A stretch of DNA of 64,000 nucleotides from Octopus sinensis (GCF_006345805.1 NC_043000.1:94922001-94986000), one strand, 5' to 3'; counted from the stretch's first letter, positions 11,413 through 24,673 are shown. Numbers and translations: made by a program. Notes: generated by a model from the sequence alone, not told the origin.

Positions 11413-11450
11413 CTGTCTGATGAACGGCAACGAGAAACCTAGAGTAACAG
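11413..11450 (+). ncRNA. Minimal type I hammerhead ribozyme motif
   Basis: CTGT-CTGATGA-A-CG-GCAA-CG-A-GAAA-C-CTAGA-G-TA-ACAG: 4-bp stem I, intact core, GNRA-capped stem II, CTAG palindrome in loop III, GUA triplet (predicted cut after 11446). Confidence 0.72.
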
Positions 11451-11554
11451 ATTTTGTTGAATTTTCTGCTGCTTAAAATAAAGCATATTACTCTACCACT
11501 GGTATTTGAGTACTCTTTTTTCCACCTTGTTTCACATTTATGTGTTTACTCCGG

Positions 11555-11625
<71 letters not shown>

Positions 11626-12702
11626 TTAGTAGAGTTAGCAGATGGGATAACCATCTAAGGGATAAGAATATCCGTTTTTACGATCGATATAAATTACTTA
11701 TGTTAACTCTGAGCATACATATGCAAGCATATTATGCTCATATGATACAGGCAATAACAAAATAAACAAGAGTTTATCAAATTTAAATTAAGCAGAAAAT
11801 AGAGAAAATCCTCGATGAACAAACAAATTGGCTACCATAGATTATTAGTTTTTAATACAAAATTGTTTCACATCTAACAACCGTTTCTGCTTCGTATGTC
11901 CCTCGGCACCGCTAAAGAAAATTCTGAGAATAATATACGTCATATTCTATAGCACATCCGTTCTGGTACATGGAGCTTCATCAGCGTGAAGAAATATACA
12001 TAAAGAAGAGAAAACAAAAGAGCCTCGAGATGAGGAAAGTAGGTTAATATATTTGAATCATACCATTTTGTAGTGTAACGCTTCAAGTCGTTGAGCAAAT
12101 TTGCTCAATAGATGTTAGTCAACTTGTTTCAAATACGAAGGGCTAATATTTAAAACAGCTTTTCTTTGAAACACGTTAGGCCAAAGTAATTATTGTGTCT
12201 GATTTAAAGCTATTTCGTTAAAGTATTACTTTTTATCATATTTCATTCTTAGTCCTTTATGCTTAAGTTGGAACAATAACATCTTCGTGTCCATTAGCAT
12301 TTCCAGACCTTTCATGTTTGTCTTCTGAATAAAATGATTCAAGTGATGGTTGGAGCTATATTAACAAGCTTGTGTAACTTTAAAACCTATTCTAAAACAC
12401 AAGAATAGCCAACCACTACTATTGTTACTTTATTGGGTTGGTGAGGGCGGGCAATTAATGGGATTAGTAAAGATATTGTTGCAAAATACGTAGGAATTAA
12501 TACAGGCTTAATAGAGAATAAGATTAAAATTGGACATATTCCTGTCAGCAGTATAATTCATATACACAATTACACAAGCATATATACATGCACGCAGACA
12601 TATACATATGTATTTATATATGTATATAATATATCATATACATGATATACACCACCTTTGGAGTGAAACATGTAAAAGAAATAAAGATAAATATATATGC
12701 AA

Positions 12703-12752
<50 letters not shown>

Positions 12753-12754
12753 AT

Positions 12755-12793
<39 letters not shown>

Positions 12794-12807
12794 GTATGTA
12801 TATATAT

Positions 12808-13160
12808 TGTGCAAGACCCTGTCTCAGTAATGCTGGACTCATGAGTCATCTTCGTAGTCATAAAATGAGACAGATGAGTGAAAACCTGGCCACTGGTGGG
12901 GGTGTAACACACCATACTAATCATATCTGTCGGGCATGTGGAAGAGAGTATAATTCGGCAGGAGGACTTACATGACATGCAAAGGTACATGAAGCCCAGT
13001 TACAACTACAGCCGGCTATTACCAGTAAAGGTCTTAGTTGCCAATTTTGTACAAGACATTGTAGATATTTAGCTGTGGCTAAAAAGTCACATTCGATCAC
13101 AGCACCAGTAACAGTTAAGCTTCGTGCAATGGCCATATTCGATAACGAGGGGCAGCCATA
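12808..13160 (+). mobile_element. 3' end of an RTE-like LINE with C2H2-type fingers, decayed, between (TA)n arrays
   Basis: CARPCLSNAGLMSHLRSH, CRACGREYNSAGGLT*HAKVH, CQFCTRHC, then terminal GCCATATTCGATAACGAGGGGCAGCC resembling RTE 3' ends; in-frame stop. Confidence 0.6.
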
Positions 13161-13165
13161 ATATA

Positions 13166-13217
<52 letters not shown>

Positions 13218-13252
13218 GCATACATACATACATACATACATACATACATACA

Positions 13253-13285
<33 letters not shown>

Positions 13286-14412
13286 GACGGAGATTAAGTT
13301 GCATAGCAAGTGACCTGATCTGGGATCGTGTACTGGAACGAAGACAATTACAGCGTGGAAGGTGTTTATAAGATACATACCTACATAGCTACAGGAATTC
13401 ATACATGCATGCATATATAGCAACATACATACATACATACATGCATACATACATACATACATACATACATACATACATACATACATACATACATACATAC
13501 ATACATACATACATACATCAACTTCCCATGACTGTCAACGTCATCGTTGGAGTGCCGCTCTAGATACTGACGATCAGCAATCGTCACCGATCGCTTTCTT
13601 CCGTTGCACCAGAAGAGCCGAGCTGGTCTTTTGTCCGCTCATCATGATGTTGGCTGCTCCAAAATGGTTATGGTTATAAATCAAAAGCTTTGTTCTTTTC
13701 TGAACTGACCGGCTCAAAACAATATTGAGTAGTGTTGGGATGCGGTGGCTTAACGAAGTCCAACTGTTGTCCTGAAAGATTCTTCGATCTTATTGTTTAG
13801 GATTACTGCGCTGTTTTAATTTTCTTACAATATTTGAATCTGTCTGGCAAGGTTACACTCATTGTTGAAATCCTTTATCAGTCCCCCAAAATTTTTCATT
13901 CCAAACATGTATGTGTCAGTGTATCTGTGTCTGTGTGTATGTATATATGTGTGCGTGTGTTTATGTTTGTGTGTTTATGATGGCATTCAGTGCTAGGAGC
14001 ACCTTTCTTCCCAGCTTTATATAATCAACTTAATGTCTATACAGAAAAAGAGTGCGAGCAGGAGTAATAAGTTAGATTCCGGACTTACTCTAAGCGTTGT
14101 TCTTTTATTACAGTTCCGTCTTCTGTAATCTCGATCAATTAGACTCACCATCACTCTGAGAAAGACAAAGTGATATTTGTAAATCTCCAATACGAAGCCA
14201 CTATTTTGTGAGACATTTCTGGATCTTACTGTCTTCAGAAACATTTCGACAAATTCTTTCGCTGCGATATTCAAACGATTGAATTATATTTTAGGGCTCA
14301 GATGAAAGCACTTTATCAGCCATTGGGCTAGGGAACGTTTAGCTGGAGGTCAGAGTTAACAACGCATAAATGATTACTGTGTTCTGGCTTGGATATATTT
14401 AAACTGCTGTGT

Positions 14413-14576
14413 TTCTTCTTCTTCTTCTTCTTCTTCTTCTTCTTCTTCTTCTTCTTCTCTTCTCTTCTTCTTCTTCTTCTTCTTCTTTTTCTGTTTCTTC
14501 TTCTTCTTCTTCTTCTTCTTCTTCTTCTTCTTCTTTCTTCTTCTTCTTCTTCTTCTTCTTCTTCTTCTCTTCTTCT
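14413..14576. repeat. (TTC)n microsatellite
   Basis: Direct reading; few interruptions. Confidence 0.97.
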
Positions 14577-14849
14577 AATCAGGACTCACGCCATTAGCCA
14601 CAAAGAATAATCTCTAATTCGAGCCTACTCTAAGCTACTAAGAAAGCATGTGGCAACTTGAAGATCCACCCACCATGCGCGATAGGCTGGTGGTTGCACG
14701 GACGCGACAGCTATGTTGTTATCCTCATTCCATAAACGGTGGCTTTTAACAGGTGCAGAGCTGAACCATCCTGGGGTACAGAGCATTTGCAATCTAGATT
14801 AGGGTCTGAGAGTTTACCACACCACAGTGGGTTACACCATGGTTCCTCT

Positions 14850-15043
14850 GCTTTGTAGCAGAAGTATGAAGAAAGAACGAGAGAAAGTTGTGGTGAAAAA
14901 GTACAGCGAGGTTCACCCCCCACCCCGCCGAGGCCTCGTGGAGCTTAGGTGTTTTTGCTCAATAATGCCCGGTCTAGGAATCGAAACCGCATTCTTATGA
15001 CCGCGAGTCCGCTGCCCTAACCACTAGGCCATTGCGCCTCCAC
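14850..15043 (-). mobile_element. tRNA-derived SINE family D (OK-like), 5' part
   Basis: Minus strand GTGGAGGCGCAATGGCCTAGTGGTTAGGGCAGCGGACTCGCGGTC...GGTTTCGATTCC; matches 60120-60443. Confidence 0.85.
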
Positions 15044-15628
15044 TACTGGTGTGCTTGCCCTGTTTTGCACGTTTTTCGCTTAACCAAAAGCGTTTTGAGT
15101 GAGTATATGCATTAAATTTCGGCTTTTCTTGCTTATTTTTCTTCTGTGAATTCCCCTTTCTTGATGTATTTGCTTGCTTTCATTTTTCCATGTCCAGTTT
15201 ACCCATTCACTATTTACAGCTTCTTTAAATCTGCTTAGATACATTTTACGGACGATTGAGTTAAATATGTTTATTTACTTAGATGCCGATCCTGGTTCTG
15301 GGCCGCTTTACTTCCGCTGTGATAGGATGAGTTTCGATTAAATTTGCAGAAAACTAGAAAGCACTGTATACTGTCGTCATTGCTCCACAGACTATTCTTT
15401 GTACCCTTCATATGTTAGGCCCTGCTTTTGTTTTGGAATTCATTTATTCCCGCTTATTAAGTTTCTCATCAAGTGGTATTTCTTTCTCTCTCTCTCACTC
15501 TCTCTCTCTCACTCTCTCTCTCTCTATCTATTTACCTCTATCTATCTATTTATCTATCTACCTATTTATATTTCTATCTCTATCTATCTTATCTCTCTCA
15601 CTATCTTATCTCTCTCACTCGTTTATTA

Positions 15629-15695
<67 letters not shown>
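15629..15695. repeat. (TTA)n microsatellite following a CT/TATC low-complexity tract
   Basis: Direct reading. Confidence 0.95.
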
Positions 15696-17777
15696 GTAAT
15701 TCTTCCTTAGTTACCTTTAACTTTCAGAAGTTTAATTGAAAGTTATCCAGTACATAGAAACAATGGCTGTTGATTGTTTAGTCGGTAGAATTTCTCAATT
15801 CCAACGAAAGAATAAATTATCTCCCTTTTCTCGCCGCCAAAAATCTTTTCCTAATACAGTGATATGTTAGTCTCCGCCACCTCAGTCCACCCAATTCTAA
15901 ATAATCACCAGAGAAACACATTGCGAATACTGTGAAAATACTTTAAATATATGAAAATATGAATGGTCAAGGCCAGAACACTTTCATAATTAGTTGGACA
16001 TGGGAGTAAAGAAAAAGAACAACAACAACCTTCTACAGTACCATGTAACTGAGTATTTAACTTGAAATAATATATTTAAATGTCTGTATAAGAGAAACAA
16101 TGACTGCATTTATATGGGATGTATTTGCATAGAAAAAACAAATTGTGATTCCACTATTCCTCGTCAACATTGCCATTTGATCTGGCTTTTCATTTTCATT
16201 TATAGACATTGTCTGGTGATGAGCAGACTGCAACCCCTCCAGCTAGTATAAAGAAAATACTTACTCGGTGAATGGGTAATGAATGTCCGAATTAAAAGTC
16301 ACAGTTAATTTTTATACTTGGGCTTTAGCAGCTACACTTTACACCAGTCAGTTATCAATAGTAGATACCATATATGTTTTTTTTACTTTGATTCGAATCT
16401 CATTAATATTTTACAAAATACAAAATCTTTTTAAAAAATGGTTTTTATCTACGTACAACACAAAAGAATAACACTGACCTCTCGGTGAGAGCATAAAGCA
16501 CTTGTTTGGCTCTACTTTATCAAATATTAAAGAAACTAATTGAAGAAGTGGAAGAAGCCAAATAAAATGTTGTTTTAATTAATTTAATTTCAATAGTAAT
16601 AGAAGTATTTAAAAATAGAAATGTAAGACATTTTGAAGTACAGCGAATATAATTAATATTGAGAAAAGTTTCTGCAAACTAATCAAAAATTAATTACTTT
16701 GTATAACTTTCTGATTTAAGAAAATGTTTGAAGTTGTTGAGATATTTTTATAGAATTTCTAAATGATATAGTACCTCAGGTATGTGATGGTATATTAAAG
16801 TTTACATCTATATGTGTGTTTAATAATGCATAATACATGGTCAGAGTTGTATAAATAATCATTGATTTTGATTGTCATCAAAACTGCGTGACACTGTTTT
16901 GATATCTGTTAGCCATGTTTTAGTTATGTTTATATGAAACGCTAGAGCGTTAGAGTATTAGAATATTTGTAGGATTTAATACATTTAATTCTGAAATAAA
17001 TATTGAAACCAACAGTAATCAACACAATTACTCTCCTAAGTGACACGCTGTTGATTTTTAAGCAGAAAGATGGCAAGATGTCAACTCAGTATTTGAGGCA
17101 CTGCTTGCTGTGTAGAAAAGCCAAAAAGAAGTCGTTCGAGTGTCACGCCTATGCAAGGATTGCTTTATTACCTGCTATCAGTTTCCATTCTAGATTGATA
17201 ATTATAGAATTGAAAGTAGAACGATGTTGTAAAAATGCCTATCACGAGCCGAACACGAATGAGGTTCTGCATTGCGAGATGAAGTGTTCGCATCCTTTAC
17301 ATACTAAGATATTTTTCACAACAGACCCATCTTGTCTTACTTGGTAGCCATTTCTGTTAGAGTTAAGTATTTTATTTATGGACATAGTGTCATACAAGTG
17401 ACATAAAATCACGAGTTGTTCATGTCTTTCCGAGATCTTTAGTAAGAGTTTAACAACTGAATATGATTGAGATTACGACCTATTCATTTTAATTTTATGA
17501 ATTACACGCTGGGTTTCTATTAATATAGAAAAGCGTTCACCATCTTAATAAGATTCCAATTTCCTTGTCTAACAAATAATTAATTCTTTTCCAATAATTT
17601 TCTGAAATCTGCTCGGTTTTCTAGTATCGTTACTTTATGGAAAGTAAAACATTTAACAATATGATTGTGAAGACTTGCTTCTTAAAAAGTAAGGACAATG
17701 AGGCATTATAAAATATTTAGCGCATATTCGCACATTTTTTAAATTGAATATATAAAAACAATCAATAGGCAATGACA

Positions 17778-18754
17778 TTTGGTTCCGATTGCAAGCTATT
17801 TTAATTAAACTATTAATGCACTTCAGAATGAACATCATCCAATCTAGACAATGACGAAAGATAGGCTGTCTACTTTTAGTTTGAAGAAGTTCAAGGAAAG
17901 ATTGGGTTTCTTCAGGTATATAGAGATTATTAGGCGCAAATCATTTCTACGCTGAAAAAACATACATAAAGAGAGATGATTGTAAGCCAAAGCTTTCTTG
18001 CTTTATATCTCTGATATTGAGCATATATCACATTCTTTGCTCTAACCAATAGATATACAAGCCTGGCACACAAGTCTTCCAGCTTTACGTCCTGAGTTCA
18101 GATTCCGTCGATAAAATATGAAGTTGCCTCTACCCCAAAATTCTAGGCCTTGTGCCTCTATTAGAAAGTATCTATTTTATGAATAAATTAAGGCGACTAG
18201 CCTGTAGAATCGTCAGCACGCCGAAAAAATTCCTCGCAGCATTTCGTCCGTCTTTACGTTCTGAGTACCAATTCCGCCGAAATCGGTTTAGCTTTTCATC
18301 GTTTCGGGGTCGATAAAACAAGTACCAGTCATTAAAATAAGTACCAGTCCTCCCCCCACCACAAACAAATGCTGACCCATTACCAAAATTTCAAACCATT
18401 ATTTTTAAATAATTTAATAGAATATTTACTTGACGGAATCAATATATGGAACCAGTTGTAGAAGGCGAAAACAAAATGAAATCCATATTTATAAAGAGTA
18501 TAAGCAACAGGATTGATATCTCACTATAATAAAAGTAATTTCAAACTAAGTACTGACCATCGTTTTCCCAGAACCTAACTACATTCAACGGTTCCCGCTT
18601 ATAAACGTTAATAAAATAATTTCTATAATCTATATAAATCCATAAGATAGGATAGTAAGTAAATTTACATTTTCGGAGCCAAAAATAGATTGGATGATGT
18701 TCATTCTGAAGTGCATTAATAGTTTAATTAAAATAGCTTGCAATCGGAACCAAA
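17778..18754. repeat. Perfect 69-bp inverted repeat (17778-17846 / 18686-18754)
   Basis: TTTGGTTCCGATTGCAAGC...CATCATCCAATCTA and its exact reverse complement. Confidence 0.92.
18085..18400 (+). mobile_element. Two decayed SINE family A copies
   Basis: CTGAGTTCAGATTCCG and GCTTTTCATCGTTTCGGGGTCGATAAAA motifs with alternative tails. Confidence 0.65.
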
Positions 18755-19563
18755 AATAAAACCCACATCCATTAACAAGGGACATAATTTGAGTGTATGT
18801 AATTTACCAATACAGTACTTAACATCGAGGGTAGTAAGAATATTGAATCAGTGATTGGTGGAAATTAATCTATCAAATAATAATGATTTATGCAAACTTG
18901 GTAGAAGCAGTTACTTATTTTCTATGCCATTTTGTTTTTAAGGTAAGAAACCAGTTCTAATAAATTGCATCATTGAATAGTGTAACTGCTCAATGGACTG
19001 TGTAGTGATGACTCTTCCTGTCAATTCTAAACCTTTTGAGCGATGAAACAAAGGATATTGGTGATATTTCGATGACGCAGATACACATGATAACCGAACG
19101 CTGCGACGAAAGATAGGCTGTCTACTTTTAGTTTGAAAAAGTTCAAGGTCTAACTTGCAATGAACTTGCACCATAGTGAGGGAGGATTGCATTACTCCTT
19201 CACCTTTAACTTTCTGGTTCAGTGGCAAGTCACACAAAACAGTTGTGGATGTATAACAGAGACACTATGAATAATAAGGGATCGTATAATAATGGGACGT
19301 ATAACAGGGATGCAAGTTCGAAAGTACACGTCCTACAGCAACAAAGATTACACTGAAAATTCAGTTTTTACATGAGTGGAGTGAAAGTTTAAAATACATC
19401 GGCTGCCTTCAACTTGGCTTAAAATACTTGCTAATATCGTATCCCGGGAAATGTTGCATTGCTGTGCGCGTATTGCTCGTGGTGCTACAGTTGATAAGTA
19501 GGTACCTGGTAGGAGCCAGTGGCGGACGAGTTCTCCTAGAAAGAGATTGGTTGGACTTCTACA

Positions 19564-19795
19564 GGAGGGACGAGGTTTAATGGTTAGGGTATTGGACTCA
19601 TGATCATAAGATTGTGGTTTCGATTCCTGAACCTAGTGCCATGCTGTGTTCTCGAGCAAAACACTCCAGTTCACTCAGTTAGCAAAAATTAGTAATCCTG
19701 CGACGGACGGGCGCCCTGTCCAGGTGGAGAATTCATACGGCATGGAAACCGAGAAACTGGCCCTTATGATTCGACTTGACTCGAGAAGATAACTT
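19564..19795 (+). mobile_element. tRNA-derived V-like SINE, diverged
   Basis: TGGTTAGGG A box, GGTTTCGATTCC B box, CTCCAGTTCACTCAG core. Confidence 0.7.
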
Positions 19796-20349
19796 TACCT
19801 CTTTTTTTTAACCTACAGAAAATATTTTCCCTTTTCGATGCTCCTACCTTTGTAGATACCTGACAAACTACCTCGAGTTTCATGCACGCACCACACGACA
19901 GAAATCAAAAGACGTCCATGTATAAGCCTGAGTGCATGTGAATGTGTCCTTTCCACTTTATGACACTGACAAAATGTTTGGTTATAATAATACGAAAGAA
20001 CCATTTGATCGATGATGTGTGAACTTTTGTGAGACCTCCATCATGCTGTTGAAGCGTAAGACACAAAGGTCATTGCAACCAATCACAATAATAGAAAGCA
20101 CCATTGAACTGTAGAAAGCTTTAGGTCATCATGATTAATGAAACTATTTGGAAATGAAATTGAAGGGTACGGAAGCCTAGAGCAAATAAATAACTCCATA
20201 AAGTGCAGGTTTAGCTTAATGTACTGGAATACTGGAACTGGGTAGCCATTAATATTAGTTAGGGATTGGCTATTGGACACACTCGAAATTCACAGAAGAT
20301 TAACTATTTCAAGACACTTCAGGAACATGTTTATCTGAAGAACTATAAC

Positions 20350-20780
20350 TGTTTCGAATACTTCTTGAGGAGATTGGAATAAATCACTTTTAAAGGAAGG
20401 CTATCTAGATTGGAATTTAGAGGGTGTTGTCAATAAAGTCAAGTCGAACCTTTGGAAAGTTTGCTTACTATTTCAAGAGTTTTTTTAATGCTCAGAAATG
20501 AAAACATTCCTTACCAATGACAAAATTCAGTACATTTTCTGACGCCCATCAATCACCTATGGTATCACGAACTATCTACATATAACAGATTACCACACCC
20601 TGGCGCTGGCGCTGGCATTGTCAGGCAGACTAAACCAGGTTGAAGTGAACCGACGATATATTTCTATCTTTCTGCAATTATTATATAGGTGTACCACAGG
20701 TTTCACTTTAGTGGAAACTTTTCGATGAAGTCCTATAACAATTAGAGGAGTTTTCCCCTCCATAAACATTAATATCAAAT
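20350..20780 (+). pseudogene. Highly decayed non-LTR retrotransposon RT C-terminal region
   Basis: Frameshifted remnants resembling LGITF.GRL.W, VVNKVKSNLWK and RPSITYG. Confidence 0.35.
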
Positions 20781-20839
20781 TATATATAACTGATCATCTT
20801 GAATTGATTACTGGATAGGTGAGCCATATTTAAGATAAG

Positions 20840-21295
20840 GGATCTTTTCGGTTTGAACGGCAGTTTCTTTAGCGGTGTCATATGAAATTGTCACCCATAA
20901 TTATGATCCTAGTATCGATCTATTGCATTTCAATCTGTTTTAGGTTTAGGGTTAGTTAGGGTTAGGGTTAGATAGGGTTAGGGTTAGTTAGGGTTAGAGG
21001 TGGGGGAAGGGTGTCTTTTTTCTTCAGAAATGTAAATAAACCCAATCTGTTTCTTAAACAAGGGACATATTCATACGGCACAGAATGTTTTCACCTCAAT
21101 AGACGTCATTGATTGGTTGAAATTGCAGAAATTGAAGAAAAAAGACAACAAATATCTTACAAACTATAGAATTTTCTCAATAAAGCCAAGACAAAAAGAT
21201 GTTTTATAAACACATTCTACCAGTATACGAAGTTTAAAAGTGTTTAGTTACGTGGAAATTATTTTTAAAAACTGCCGTTCAAACCGAAAAGATCC
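20840..21295. mobile_element. MITE with 27-bp TIRs and 8-bp TSD (Merlin-like), containing TTAGGG repeats
   Basis: TIR GGATCTTTTCGGTTTGAACGGCAGTTT at 20840-20866 with its reverse complement at 21269-21295; TSD AAGATAAG at 20832-20839 and 21296-21303. Confidence 0.9.
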
Positions 21296-22081
21296 AAGAT
21301 AAGAAAAAGCATCTTATGTAGAAGCCTTTTAACAGCGGAGATGTCCTTACCTATGCATATTGCAGACTTCATCATGCACAGGAAGACGATAGAACCGAAA
21401 ATACTTCATGTTTCAATGAATTAAAGAGGGGATTGATTGAAAGTAATATCAATCTCAACTATTCCTAATTGAATTACCATTTCCAATGTTTTAGTATTTT
21501 CGAAATTCAAATCTTTTCGGCATCAATACTACATTTCAGACTTTTGAGCTCGGCAAAGTAATTACCAGTGTACGATCGCTATGGTGTGATGTATGATTTA
21601 GAAGTCCGTTTGGTTATGACGTGGCTTCGGGTTCGATTTCAACATACGGATGCCTGCAAAAGTATCTTCTATTGTAAATTCGAGGCAAATGAAATTATGG
21701 TGACATAAAACTGAGGAAAGACTGTTAGGTATTCTATACATGTTCTTCTGTCTGTGATATTAATACGTTGCCCAGCTACATACCATTACTTAACGGCACT
21801 AATCAAAGTAAATTTAAGTCTAATCTATTGCAAGTAACCGGAACTGAAGGTTGTTCTCTCTCACCAGTCTTAAAGGCTCTGCAATGCCCTTATTTTTCAA
21901 TGACTAATCAGTACACCAAAAATGTTGTAGTTGATTCGATCTATGTTATTATCTTCGATACAAAAGTGTAGCCACGCCAGAAAAATTTTTAATATTTTGG
22001 AAAAAAATATATAGAAATTCAGATAGATAGATAAATACATGTAGAATATATATTTGTGTATGTCTGTGTTTGTGTGCATGT

Positions 22082-22127
<46 letters not shown>

Positions 22128-22866
22128 TCATTTATTTCGTTCGTTTTAGTCCATTTTTTGAAAGTGATGGGAGAAACCTTGAAGGTTAAAAGAGAAAATC
22201 TGAAAAACGGCGATCACCATTACAATTCACACTTGATTTATTTCCTAGCAGGAAATAAAACGTAATTTAAAAACAATAGTGAATTTTTTTTTTTATTCAT
22301 TAAAACAAATCCTAAAACTTAGGCTTTTTTCGAAGCTTCTTAATCATAATTTTAAATCTGCAATTCGTTTGTCTATAACTTCAAAATAATTTTCATACGA
22401 AAAGATGACTTAAGGGAGATTTAGATGTTGTTTGTAGAGCAGTCAACGACCATCTGATACCTTCCTTATTTCTTTGTCACTCTGACATGTACTAGAGTTT
22501 TCCAATATTCTTCTCCCCAAAAGCACTTTTTATGGAATGATGATGCAGTTGTCCATTACTGAGATTCAAGCAACAACAACAACGAAAACTGTTATTTAAA
22601 TCTATAACAACCCCACGCCGCATAAGCGAGTCCGTGTGAATGTCAATGTGTGTATGTATGTGTGAGCCCGTGTGTGTGCGCAGGGGGCTGTAAGAAAAAA
22701 CGTTTAATAACAGACAACTATGCAATAAAAGTAATTCTTTTAGATTCCTTACACACATGCATACACACATATACACGCATATACACACAAACACACACAC
22801 ACACACACAGAGGGACAAACATACACAGACTCAGCATGAGCTATATAATTTTATAGAGCATGATAA

Positions 22867-23088
22867 GGCGGCGAGCTGGCAGAAACGTTAGCGCGCTGGG
22901 CGAAATGCTTAGCGGTATTTCGTCTGCCGTTACGTTCTGAGTTCAAATTCCGCCAAGGTCGACTTTACTTTTCCACTTTTCGGGGTCGATAAAATAAAGT
23001 ACCAGTTACGCACTGGATGTCGATGTAATCGACTTAATTCCTTTGTTTGTCCCATCTATGTTTAGCCCCTTGTGTGCAATAAAGAAAT
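22867..23088 (+). mobile_element. SINE family A, full-length monomer
   Basis: GGCGGCGAGCTGGCAGAAACG head, GAGTTCAAATTCC B box, core, and tail ending GCAATAAAGAAAT. Confidence 0.9.
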
Positions 23089-23833
23089 ATATACTTTTAT
23101 AGAGCATGAGAAAGTTTACCACGAGGAAATGAGAGATAGACAAATAGTGAGAGCGAGAGATAGAGAGAGAGAGGGATCACAAATTTCCAATTTTTAAAAT
23201 TAAGTGAAAGCTTTCAAATTTGGTATTTTCATACATTTTTTCGCGATGAATCCGAGTTTGTGATTCACTTATTCCAGATAAATTTTAGAAAAATGGTAGA
23301 AAAGTTTAAAGTTTGATCATTTTAACTCAATCAGAAAACACGATTTCGAAGCTAAGAATTTTGTGTGTGATAAGCTGTGTATTATAAATTGAAAGTAAAC
23401 GTTACAAGACGAGGTCTTAAACCAATTGAAAGCTTTGCCTGACAATTAATACATATACTGAGAGGATGAGTTTCAAAGAGTATGGTAAATATATAGAGAG
23501 GGGGATTGATGGTGAGACATAGTGAGTGGCAGAGCTGTCGATCAAAATGTTGAATTTTTCTCATTTGCATATTATAGTTTTCATTACCATTTACGAACGA
23601 CTTTCTCTTTCGGACGCAGATTTCGGAAATTAAATTCCTTTTTCCCGACGATGCATTGTTTCAAAGGCTATTGTGTGTGTGAGTGTGTGTGTGTATGTGT
23701 GTGTGTATGTGTGTGTGTGTGTGTGTGTGTGCATGTGTGTCTGTGTCTGTGTCTGTGCGTGCGTGCGTGCGTGTATTTAAATTGGCGCTACCACATCATT
23801 GGCACACCTCTCTAGCTGAAACAAGTAAAAACG

Positions 23834-23851
23834 ATTAGATAGATAGGTAAG

Positions 23852-23910
<59 letters not shown>

Positions 23911-23926
23911 GTAGGCAGGAGGTAGG

Positions 23927-24012
<86 letters not shown>
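23834..24012. repeat. (GATA)n microsatellite, continuing at 24575-24672 beyond the LINE insertion
   Basis: Direct reading. Confidence 0.95.
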
Positions 24013-24574
24013 TGTTTCTTTATTAGCCACACAGGGCTGCACACAGATAGAACAAATTACAAGGTAGAGCTTTTCTTTTGAAGGTTTAAAAAAAAAAAGG
24101 AAGGGGGAGTTTCGATCAAAAGGGATCATAAAGGGAGAGAAAGAGGACAAAAAATTGGGGTTAAAAAAAAGGGGGAGAGGAAAAAAAAATTGATCAATAG
24201 GGATCGTTATCACAGAAATGTCAATATGAAGTGTAAAGAGGAGGACCGGTGAGGTTTACCCGTGGAAAGAAAAGCCTACGGAAAAGACCACGGTAACCTC
24301 GGTCAATGGAGTCACATGTTATATTTCTTTTTTTTTTTTTTTTTTTGCGAATAAGCAACTCTCTGTTTTCAATTTCTGGGTTCATAGGATCATGCTCAAG
24401 GTGGCTTCGTCATTCATACGTGCCATTCTTGCTACATTCACACATCTTTTTTTAAAACATTCGCTAGACAAAACTTGCCTCTCTACTCTCACTTTCCTTT
24501 TCAAGTGGTACTTGAAGAAGTTGATGAGAGATTGACCAGAGAGGAAAGTGTTTGTCTCCAATCCTTTCAGACGC
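24013..24574 (-). mobile_element. 5'-truncated Tx1/L1-like LINE 3' end inserted in (GATA)n
   Basis: Minus frame ...LSGQSLINFFKYHLKRKVRVERQVLSSECFKKRC..., resembling L1/Tx1 ORF2 C-termini; 3' UTR ends GCTAATAAAGAAACA directly into (TATC)n; second copy at 44019-44433. Confidence 0.72.

Positions 24575-24673
<99 letters not shown>

Noticed and set aside
12697-12975. Host C2H2 zinc-finger gene
   Set aside because: In-frame stop, RTE-like terminal motif, (TA)n flanks and no convincing splice context.
20940-21000. True telomere or chromosome-fusion scar
   Set aside because: Short, degenerate and enclosed by MITE TIRs and a TSD.
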